This document shows, in pieces, positions 1 through 11,300 of a stretch of 64,000 bases of DNA. The DNA comes from Camelus dromedarius (Eukaryota), in assembly GCF_036321535.1 (NCBI RefSeq), contig NC_087472.1:103108001-103172000 (forward strand), in the 5' to 3' direction. Both the position numbers and the translations under genes were made by a program. The notes below the pieces were generated by a model. That model was not told the DNA's origin and did no database searches. It worked only from the letters and a program-made list of their open reading frames with translations. Every line of letters starts with the position of its first letter. The first letter of the stretch is position 1.

Positions 1-19
1 TGGCATAGGGGCCAGAACT

Positions 20-870
20 CAAATCTTAACCCTGGAGGCAAAGATTGAAAAGAAGCAGATTTGCATTTCTTTAAAGATCCTGTAACTGGGAAATGGGTGG
101 AGGGCAGGCTGAGACTGGCTCCTGGGGATCTGTTAGGAGACTGCATTGTCAGGAGGTCCTGAAGGAAGACCTCTGCTGTGGGCTCAGCAGGTGGAAAGAG
201 CTGTTGTAAAGTAAGTTTTATAAGACTTGGTCACTGCTAAAAGCAGTGAGGGTAGTGAAAGGAGGAGAGGAGTGAGGTGATCCCACATTTCTGGTTCAAC
301 TGATGGGGTAAATGGTGAGCTAGTAGAAAGTTGACTTTGAAGAGCCCATGTGACTTCCATTTGCAGATGCCTAATTTCTCAGGGTGGGTATAGGCATGGA
401 AGTCTGGGGGGAAATTAGGCATAAATTGTTAGATCACCAGCATTCAAGCAGCAGGCAGAGGGGGAGAGGATAAGTATAGGGTCAGTCACATTGGGGAAAG
501 GGAGAGAGTTTAAAAAGTAAGGTCACCAGTGCCAAATATTGCATAAAGTTCAATTAAACTGAAGAATCTATTAGATTTTACAGTGAGCATTTCACAGAGT
601 ACCCTATCTGAACATTTCAGTAGAGATGGAATTCTCAAAGAAAGGGGGCAAAGTGTGAGTGGAGACATTAAAACAGCAAGTGTAGACTGTTTGGGGGAGC
701 TTTGCTAAGAAGGACAGAAGAGGTGATAACCACCATAGACAGGAGTGGGAGACAGGGTTAAAAAAACGGCCTGCGAGACCTAAGCTTATTTCTAGGTAGG
801 GGAAGGAGTCCCTCGTGTGGAGGAGGAAAATACCAGCAAGGGAATCGATCCCATGAATCAAGATTCCTGC
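20..870 (-). mobile_element. Ancient L2 LINE remnant
   Basis: Degenerate purine-rich similarity to antisense L2, recognised by eye; boundaries approximate. Confidence 0.5.
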
Positions 871-3800
871 AGCTGAAGGAAATGGCTTGTTAAACAGAAG
901 GAAAGAAAGCGCTAGTTGGTGTTCCTGTTCACAGCATTCAGCCCATTCATGTTGGACAGGCCGCTGCTTTTTCTTTTAAAGGCTATAAAGGGTAATCTAA
1001 CCTGACTCTTACACTTTCATCAGCTCCTATAAATAAAGGTTCACTAAAAAAAAAAAAGCTTTACTTAGATAAAGTTTACATACAAAAGTTAGAACTTGTA
1101 ATCAGTTTTCCTATGCATCCCCAATTTCATACTGAAAACCTCATCTATAGAACTTAAGGACGTATTTTTTGTAGATAGGAGCCGGTGATTTTTTTTCCTC
1201 TAGTCCAGCTGGAAGAGAAGATCTTTTAAGCAAAAGAATTTCCACTTAGCTCCTGAGAAATTCTGAACTAGCACTTTTGCTGTTCGTATCAGCAAGTGAT
1301 CTTTATGTCTGCCTTCCTCAAATTGTCTCATCCACATTTTTCATCCCTGAGCCTTCCACATTACAGTTACCCATCTTGGGGAGGGAGAGGTGACGGGCGG
1401 GAGTAAGGATAATACAGCTGGAAAAACAGACTGAAAACTTGGGGACTTGAGTTCTGTTTCTCTGGGCCATTAGCTAGTTTTGTGACTTTGAGCAAATCAT
1501 TTTGCCTTTGTTTCCTCATCTCTAAAATAAATGCTCTTGAAGATCCCATGAAGACAGAAAATGCTATGCTTTTTTGATTCCTATTTTGTGTAGCAAGTTA
1601 TAGATTACAGTCTTAATACATATAACTACAAATTACTAGCTTTCAATAGGTCTGAGAGTACTATATTGATTTTCTTTACTAATAAAAGAATTTGTAATGA
1701 CATATACCATTGGAATATTGAGAGCAGTTTGGTTACACTCACCCACAGTCAGCTGATATTTAGCTGACTGGAGAGAAGTCATGTGTTTTGAATATAAGAA
1801 TAGGCACTTTCAGATGTTCTCTGAGTGCCAGTAATTAGAGTAAGCCTTAATCTACTCTGCTAAAAATAACCAGACATACCTTTCTTCTTACTGGTCTATT
1901 ATTAATTTTACTTCAGATTTAGACTTACAAATATGCACTAAGAAAACAAAATGAGCTCATTACTGAATTTTTAAAAACCACTTGGTTCTAAAAATAGAGA
2001 GTACACTTCAGGTTCTCCTAGTAATCTTTCACTAAATCAGTATAACAATTCTTATTTCTCTCCCTCTTCAAAGCACGCAAAATATTGCTTTGAATATGTT
2101 TTAATTTTTGCCAGGTGCAGGATTACTTTACTGAATACAGTTCTAGGCTATAGTTTTTAATATAAAACTTGGGCTCTGGAGTCAAGTCTTTGTTCCTGGG
2201 AAGGTTACTCAGTTAAGCCTGAGTCTCCTGTAAATGCAAATAATAACAGTATCTCTCTGGAAGGGTTTTTATAAGAATTTAAAATGGTAAATTATGCCAA
2301 GACCTTAGCTAACATTTAATGCCTTACTCAGGGTGGGGACTCAATGTTACCTGCTTCTGTTTCTTCCTTAAGCTTTCTAGAAAGAGGTGCCTTCTTATAA
2401 TACTGATAACTTGATGTTCACCTACAATGAAGGTTTCATTTAATTTGATAGCTTTTTCCATTCTAAGTGAAAGCAAACATTTAGATAGTGTTGCAGGGTT
2501 TTTAAAATATTACGGTTGGTGCTTAGGCACATCAGTACCGATGATATTTAAATTAATGTTTCTGAATGATTCATACAATCTAGGACCTTTGACTAGCGTT
2601 TAAGTGTTGTTCATTTGTAAGTAAAGAGACAGTACTGTGAAGAAGGAGCGAGCTTGGTGCAAGTATTAGATTGCTTAACAGTAGCATTGAAGAAATCTTG
2701 AAATTAACAGTCAAAGGAATTTTACCTGACACAGACTATTAGTAAATTCTTTCTAATTAGATTATTTAACACTCAGTTCATGTCAGCTAGTCATATTTGG
2801 TTTTTATTTACCATTTTTTAATGTCAGTCCCTTTAAACTTTAGTTTTCTTAATTCAGATAATTTATGAGTCATTTGTATCAGCTTCCCCAAATTTAAAAG
2901 TCTTATTTGAGGAGCATGGGTTAGGGAAGATGGAGAGTTGGAATATCCCATTGCCTTTTAGAACCATAAACAAAACATAGGGTAGTGCTGGGAAAGAAAG
3001 GAAGCACTTTGTTAATAAAGTTAGAGATGGTGCCCTGTTATGTCCTTCACGATAATAAATGAACACGTTTGAACACCTTCTCTCTAAGACTGCGGGAGAC
3101 CCACCATTTAAAATAACTTACTGAATGTAGAAGTCAGGTAGAATAGACATGGCAAAAGTTTATGTGTGTGATAAGGGAGTTGGAATGGTAGAGTGGGAAA
3201 AGGCCTGGAGTTAAGGTCCGAAGATCAGATTTCTTGTCCCAGTATAACCACTTGGCAGGCTCTGTACTCATGGGCCTTTTTTTTTTTTTTCCCTCTTCCA
3301 TAATCAAGGATGATGGGTAGTGCTTACTGTTGGAAAGATCAAATAAGATGAAATGTTTTTGATAACGTTGAAATTAATAGAGTTATGAAAATACTAGTTA
3401 TTCTGATACTGAAGAGCCAGAATTCATTGAATTTCAAAACTGGGATTGTGTCTGTGTTAGCATATTATTTTGCGTTAATGCTGCTAGTGGTAATTGTCCA
3501 TTGTGTTTTCTGAAAATCACTTAAATGCTCCTCAGTGAAAATTACAATGGCAACTGAGACTTGTTTGCAGTGTTTTAGGTTTTTTGTTTCTTTTCAAAAG
3601 CCTTAAATACATTTAAACCTTTTGAAAATACTCTTTTAATCCTCCTCCAAGGATTTGATTAGGTCATGTCCCTTATTCCTCAAGATTGTATGTTAATAAA
3701 TTTAGGCTTCCTTGGATCAAGTATAACCGAGTCCCATGTGCTAGAATCCTAATTTGGAGGAGAATATGAGTTTTCCAACTTTATTCCTTCTTCAAGGGAA

Positions 3801-4585
3801 AATAAACTTTAACAGAGTAGAATTTGGAAAATTTGAGGACTCAAGTCTCAGTTTCCCCTGTCTTTTCTCTAACTTCTGTGATAACTTGGAACTGCTGTTT
3901 TTTCTCTTGGGGTTTATTCCACAATCCTGTAAACCTTTTTTTAAAAATAATTCTATGCTGTTAGAAGTCAAGATAGTAGTTACACTTGGGGTGGGAGGTT
4001 GTGACCTGGAGAGGTTAGGGGAGGGGCTTCAGGGGTTCAGTAATAATTCTGTTTCTTGATCCAGGTGTTGGTACACAGGTGGGTTCACTTTGAAAAGTCA
4101 CTGAGCTGTACGTTTGACTTGTGTTCTTCTCTTTGTGTATACTGCACTTCAATAAAACTTTTCAGAACATTAACTTCACGTTTACAGTGTCTTCAATAAG
4201 TCCTTCAGGTGGAGAGTTTATTTTCTTTCCTGTTTATTTGTAGTTTGAATTAGTCACACAGTGCATTTTAAGTAAACTTAAGAACAATTTAGGTCAGCTA
4301 TGTGTTAGAATATTCATCATAGAAAGGAGCCAGAAAGGAAGAAGAACAAAGTAAGTTACTCTTTCTGGATGATGTGGTTACTTTTTATCTTTTTTGCTTG
4401 CCTGTACTTTTCAAAATTTCTTTTTTATGCATTTATTACTTCTATAGTCTAGGAGAAAAATAATCTACTGTTGTAAAAAGGAAATAAATTGTATAAGCAT
4501 GGGGTCTTTCACAGTAGGATATGAAAATATATTTAGAAAACATGATTATAGGGTAAACTTTTTTCCACATTGTTTTTTGTTACAG

Positions 4586-4694
4586 ATATGCCAGTCTGTA
4601 TTTTTGCTGTGCTATTGAGGATCAGGACAATGAACTAATTACCCTGGAAATAATTCATCGTTATGTGGAATTACTTGACAAGTATTTTGGCAGT
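4586..4694 (+). CDS. AP1S2: AP1S2 coding exon (109 nt): [36 protein letters not shown]
   Basis: ttgttacag| acceptor, |gtgagt donor; clathrin adaptor small-chain sequence. Confidence 0.97.
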
Positions 4695-5296
4695 GTGAGT
4701 AGTATTTTGCTTTAGTAAATTGAATGCTGTAGTATTTTTTTTAAAACCCTTTCTGTAACAAATTTATTATTTGATTTGATTGTTTTGGGGATTCTGACTA
4801 TTTGAAAGAAAGGTGGGAGAGGGAAGGAATGACTATATTTCTTAGTGTGCCTAGTCAGTTAACTGCCAGAATTGCTTGACCCTACAGACCTACTCATTTA
4901 ATTATGCTGGTGAGAATGAGGTTTAAAGTAGTGAAATAGAAGTAGCCCAACTGCAAAGATAAGTATACTCTAAGTGCTTAGTATAGAATTTAGATTTGGT
5001 TAGCAATTATAATCACATTACCCAGGAATATGTATTTCAAAAGATTAGTTTTTGTGAGTAGAAAATTATTCAGTTGCCCATGTTAGGAGTTTGCAAGGTG
5101 TATGGTCTTTTTTAGCTTGTAGGCATTGTGTTTTCAAGTACTTGAGATTTGAAAATTAAGCTGACTAAATCAATGATGGTTAGTTAGCAAGGTTACCATT
5201 TTTAGAAGAATTAAGATTGATTCACTCTGGTCAGATTTTACTGACTACTTGATGATCTTTTGCTTTCTTCAGCTTTAATTTTTTTTTTCTTTTCAG

Positions 5297-5434
5297 GTGT
5301 GTGAACTTGATATCATCTTTAATTTTGAGAAGGCTTATTTTATTTTGGATGAGTTTCTTTTGGGAGGGGAAGTTCAGGAAACATCCAAGAAAAATGTCCT
5401 TAAAGCAATTGAGCAGGCTGATCTACTGCAGGAG
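5297..5434 (+). CDS. AP1S2: AP1S2 coding exon (138 nt): [46 protein letters not shown]; phase-0 donor
   Basis: Long T tract + cag| acceptor, |gtaagc donor; conserved [10 protein letters not shown] sigma motif. Confidence 0.97.
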
Positions 5435-8400
5435 GTAAGCTACTCGTTCTCTTGACTAACATTAGCATGTTTTGCTCTTGCTAGGGAAGTCTCAGTCATC
5501 TTCTCTCATTCTTACAGTTTCAGAAATTACTCTGAAGCATGCTTGGCATGTAGTGTCCATGTGCAATTTATTGATTGGAATATGTGTCAGTCACATCAAC
5601 TCAGTTATCTGTGGATGGATCATTTACTTTGGAGATGGTCTGTTGTATTGATGGCCCATTTTTGGACCCCAAAACATCAGAGTCCAAACCTTTAGAGGAC
5701 AGACTACATTAAGATGGGAAAAGTAACAGTAATTTGAGAACTTTCTGTCCATTGTTCCAAATTACTTAAGATAACCTCTTTTCTCATTAGTGTGGATGAT
5801 CAGGAGTTGACTGTGAGATTATGGCATTTTCATTCCATGTTGGTTCATATTTTCACCTCATGTCCATTACTTGCAGATGTAGCCAAGCAAATCATAGTGT
5901 TACAGTTACACTTTGTGTAGAATCCTCTAGTTTTGCATTAGCAAAATTAACTAAAAAGTATTTCTACTTCTTTGCTTTTCTTAAATAACAAACCATGTTC
6001 TGTCAAACAACTGTATTCTTGTCTTGCCTTGATATCACAGGAACCATTGATAAACCCCATTCACTTTCTAATTTCTACAGTTATCTTGGGTTAATTGTAT
6101 ATTTGATGCTCTGTAATAACAGGTGTGCCGACTACAAGCTCATATTGTAAAATTGGCTTTAAAGTTATCACCTTATTTTACTGTTCACTAATCAGACTTT
6201 TCTAAAAATTAGGTCAAAGCCAGGGTCACAAATCGGAAATTTTTCATATTTGTTCCTTCCCTTGATCATTATATTTCATTATTATGGAACTATATTCTAT
6301 TCTATCATATTCTGGTATTTCCTCCAAGTCCTTCATCATTTCTTGAAGTTAAACATTTCATACATAAGGCTACGTTTTCCTAAAAACTTAATGATACCTT
6401 AATTCAGGTACTAAGTTGAATTATGCTTTAGTCATAATTGTGGTTTGAAACAAATTGAATGTTTATAGGTTGAGGAGAAGGAGCTAGTCAGTATAAAAAT
6501 GTAGTCTGTTTTTGTGAGAGTAATTGTCTTTTTTATTATAATTTATTAAAGGAGGCTTTAAATCAGCAATTTTTTTTCCATTATAGCTTCTTAACTGTTG
6601 GCCTCAGTTGGGAGAGTGGGGAGCTCTTGGTAATCCCTCTGCATCAGTCACTGACTGGGTCAGTTGTGGGAATTGTTGAAGTTGAGATGACATTATCTGG
6701 AACATATATTAAATATGAAACAATGCATTGTACATTTAATGATCTTGAGTTACCAAAACAGTGGTTAAGGTGCCTATATAAGTAATGTTTAGGGCATTGA
6801 TATCTCCTTGTGTCTGGATTGTTTTTTAAACTCTACTGGAAAATCACTATAGACTACAATATGACAAATATGCTAAATTTACATTATAGCATATTTTGAG
6901 TATTTAATACTAGGGGCTAAAAAAGTTATTATAGTTACGTGTTTATTTGTGAATGTGTGTGTATCTCACCTATCAAAGTATTTTAATAAGAAGTAATGTC
7001 TCCCTTTTTGAAGTAGTATTTTTATATCTTTAATTGGGGAAAGTAGGAATGGAGAGAGAAGCATAGGATGTCCATGGTCTCATGTAAAATTCTCTTTACC
7101 CCATCTCACCCTAGTTTTAAAAAATAAAAAGCTGACTACTGTTAATTACAGTTCCTTGTCTTTGGAAGGGAGCTATTTGGCCCTGTTTCTCATCTGTGAC
7201 TACCTTTACATTAACCAAGTTGATACTACATTAAAACAATTTCTGTTCAGTGGTCTGAGTGGATCCTTTCTCGTACTTTAGCTATTCAGGTCTTAAGGCA
7301 GAAAGTGACTGGTCCATTATGAATTTAGAGTGACGTTAGGCCTTTATGAAGCCAAGTTGAAGTCTACGGGACAGTTAAGCTTCAGCTTATTCTGTTCAGG
7401 TTAACAAGTTAACCTGTTTATTCAGATTATTCACCAACATACTGTCACAGGAAATTCAGGATGACAAGATGCTTGTTTCCTAAAATAGAGTCATTTATAT
7501 GTTGATACATAATACAAGTTTACATCTCTGGGAGAGTATTTGAATATATTATGTTCATGAAATAGATGGTAGAAGAAGATGAGAAAAAGCATTCCACAAA
7601 GTGCCAAAAAAGACTTGTCTGGACACCATGACAACAAAAAGAACTGTGATGATAGCTAATGCTTATTAAGCGGGTCATGAGAGCCTTTTTAACAAATGAA
7701 GTAGAGGCTTGGTGAGGTCTTAGGTAGCAGCTGGCAAAACCAGGATTCTAAACCCAGATCCGCTAGACTCTGGAGCTGTATGAAATCTGAACCACTGTGC
7801 TCTGTCCACCCTACCCCACATTCATGTATTTTCTTGGTATGCATATTTTAAACATTCTGTTTTAGATACCAACTTCTGTATGTCTCAGTAATACAGTAAA
7901 GAAATTCATAATTCTCCTGGACGTTTTTTTATACTGAACAGAGTAGGTTTCCTAAGACTGATGCCATCTTTTACTTTTTAGGTTGGAAATTTTCATTGTC
8001 CAGATTATCAATAGTTGGAATTTTTAATCAGATATATAAATATAAATAATATTTTCAAATTATTTCTTGTTGGATTTATCAAAATGCCTGGATCTATAAT
8101 AGCTTTTCTGGTCTTACAATTTAGGGTATAATATTCACTTAGTGTACATCGTGGAATGATTTTGCTTCCAAAATTGTAGATATAGCTGTAAAGACACTTC
8201 TCTAAATGCAGCCTTAGATTTGTAGAAGTCCTAATTGATTGATTTGAATCTAGTTCTTCATATATTGTGATTATTTTTCTATTTGGTGTCAGGTCTTTTA
8301 CTTGAATTGATTATTTCCAAACACTAAAGATTACTGAATTTATAATGAAAATATCTTTTGGCTTAAAGATGAATGCAAATTACAAAGTGATTTTGGTTTT

Positions 8401-9147
8401 AGTCCTTTTTTTAATTTGTGAAATATTTATCTGTATCCTTAAGAATGTATATTTTCTTCAGAAAAATTTCTTTAAAATTTCCCTTTTATCCAATTTGTAT
8501 AAACGTCATGTAGTTTATTTAGGTAGTCCTTCATTTTATAGGCCAACAGGGTAAACAGTCAGTGGATAAAGTAGATTTTCTGCTAGTATTTTATAGTCAG
8601 TAATGAGAACGTAACATAAATGTGTATTTGAGTAAATATTGCTAGAATATCAGATACTCTGATTAATAAAGATAACTTTTTTATTTTACTTAATTACTTG
8701 GTAAAGGAGGTTTCAGTTTTGACATTTCTAGACCAAACTCTATGTTTATTCCTTTTGGTATTCTGTTGTATGAATACATAATTAGATTTGGAGGTAAAGC
8801 CCAGAAAAATCAGTCCATTATTCCAATTTCTAACATTTGACTGTTGGAATTTAAAACATGTTTTCTTAACATGCCACTGGTACTTAACGTGATGCTTAAA
8901 TTATTAAAGTGCAACATGCTGAGATTACTAAATTGATTTTTTTTTTTTTTTTGCAATACTGGGTGCATTTTCCCCACCACCAATTAAATATCTATTTTAA
9001 GCTAGATTTTGGCAGGGGAGGGGAGGGCACAGGGGAGTGGTACAGTTTGGTTTATTTTATAAACATAATGACAAAGGAAATATAGAGTACATTTTCTTTG
9101 TGAAGTCAGGTACTTAACCAGTTTTTCTCTGCTCCTTAATTTTATAG

Positions 9148-9192
9148 AGCCAGAATGAAGAATGGGGAGGTTTGTCTGAGGATATCTTATGA
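9148..9192 (+). CDS. AP1S2: Candidate AP1S2 alternative last exon A: SQNEEWGGLSEDIL*
   Basis: Branch-like tacttaac 9111-9118, pyrimidine tract, tttatag|; phase-0 frame to TGA; ATTAAA 9276, AATAAA 9759. Confidence 0.65.
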   Translation, partial: SQNEEWGGLSEDIL

Positions 9193-10098
9193 TAAAGAGC
9201 AGTCTAAGGCTTTAGTCCCTTTGATCCCCAACTTATTTATTGGTAACTACTAAATTTACCATTTTTGTGGCATGGATTAAATGGGGTGTTATGCATAGAC
9301 TGTTGCACGTGAAATGATTTCAAGTCCTTGCTTGATCCATGAAGATCAAATAGTTAAATACTGGGCGTTGGGCTTTAACCCTCAGCAGTAGATGCATGAT
9401 GGTGTTGATTAGCGCTTTGAGATGTGTCGACCTTTTTTTTTTGTACTAACAGCATCATTTTGAAATTTGTGGGGTTTTCCTTTTGAGCTTTGTTTGCTGT
9501 TGGTATTGTTCCTCACTAAAGTAATCTGAGAAATGAAAAATAAGTGAGGTACCAAAAGCAAGCATTACACTCATGAATTTGCTTCTACTTCGAGGTGATC
9601 CACTTCATGAACAGATTTATTGGATTTACAGTTGTTAATCTGCCTGTCTAGAAAGTGGTGCTCTACAGAGAATTAGTGCTGCTAAAATTGATTTGTTTTA
9701 GTGCTGGGGCTGCATGATATATCTTAGTACTATACAACATCTTTGTGGAAGTATAATTAATAAATCTGTTGAACTACATAAAAATGGAAAGGTAAGAATC
9801 TTAGGAGAAAAAGCGATTTCTTTAAAAAATGAATCTTGTAACGTAAAATTATTTTAAGTACTTATTGAAGTATTTAATAACATTATGCCTTTTAATAAGT
9901 TTTAAGTTTTTTTAAATTAGAATCTTGCTAATTAAGAATTTTGGGGCATGCTAGTGAAACTCAAGAATATTTTACATTGTTTTAAAACATGGTTTCAAAT
10001 ATGTACAATAAAATTTAACAGCAAAAAGCATTTTGATAAAAATTCTCTTAGGATTTGCTTTAGTAAGACAAACTCCTGTAATTCCTTTGTAATTACCA

Positions 10099-10163
10099 TT
10101 GTTTATATTAAAACCTTTAAGTCTAAACCTTTTTGTTTATATTAAAACCTTTAAGTCTAAACC
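10099..10163. repeat. Tandem duplication, 34-bp period (31 bp identical)
   Basis: ttgtttatattaaaacctttaagtctaaacc at 10099 and 10133. Confidence 0.92.
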
Positions 10164-11076
10164 ATTTTCTTATCACTTGGGTTAAAAGTTAACAAGGCTA
10201 TAGTCATTTATGCCAGCATATTTTAATTTTTATAGGTAAGATTGATTGGGATCTGCTAGAACAAATTCTGGATAAGTGAGGTTTAGTTACAATAATACTT
10301 GAGATGGAAATTATAGAAGGGTAGATATAGATAAAACAGAAGGCCGAATAAATCTTACCTTTTACTTTGCATTTAATAAGAAACAATTTGGCCAAGTCCT
10401 TGGTCACTGGTTTTCAGGTTGTAAACATTTTGCTGTATGTTTATGTGTTTTTTGAGCTCTTTGTCTGCTTTTCAGAATTTTGAGGATTTCCCCCTTATGA
10501 TTTAATTTTAATTCATTTTGAGCCAACTCTTGCTACTTTGGACTATTTGTAATAATGAAAAGTTGAAGTAACTTAAAATATTCAGTGACTAAATTGATTT
10601 TCAAAAGTATTCGACAAGCCATAGTATTATGTTTTTATATCACAATGGTTAAATAAACAAACCAAATTTTTTTTTAAGTAAATACTTTTATTTCTTGTTT
10701 TACAATCTCACATTTTGTATTCTCTTCTCCTTTTTTTTCAATGCTGATCCTGATCTACTAAATTAATTACATGAGCCCTAGGTTTGGGACCTGCACAGGG
10801 ACTTGCAGAGTGTATTCCTAGCTGTTAGTGGTGATTTTTTTTTTTTCATTGAAGTAATTTGACGTGATTTTTTTCTTTAAAAAATACTTTCTGAAAAATT
10901 TCAGCGTTTGAGTTCTTTTTCCCCCTACTGATACATTCTTTTTTATTTTCTTTTATTGTTTCCTCTGTTGTCTTTATTTTTTTAAATAAAAATTCCCATT
11001 CTAGAAAAATTAACAAATACAGGCAAGCACATTAGAATGTAATCTTACTCACCAACCAGCTACAATTAGATTAACT

Positions 11077-11300
11077 CTAGTTCTCAGATGGGGTGAGTGG
11101 TGGGGCAGTTGTGCCTTCTCAGGTGCCATTGGGCAGTGTCTGGACACATTTTTGATTGTTACAACTAATCGTGGGGGGCTGCTGGCATCTAGTAAGTACA
11201 GATCAAGGATGCTGCTAAACATCCAGCAGTGCCCAGGACTGCCCTCCCAGAATAAGAAATTATCCAGCCTCAAGTATCAATAGTGCTGAGGTTCAGAAAA
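11077..11300. mobile_element. MER20-like hAT-Charlie DNA transposon
   Basis: ggcagtgtctggacacatttttgattgt...gctggcatctagt...ggatgctgctaaacatcc...aagaaattatccagcc resembles MER20. Confidence 0.75.

Noticed and set aside
9432..9524. T-run + tactaacag followed by an in-frame 23-aa ORF, a possible fifth last exon
   Set aside because: TACTAAC abuts the AG so it cannot be its branch site; peptide unremarkable; better read as UTR of exon A
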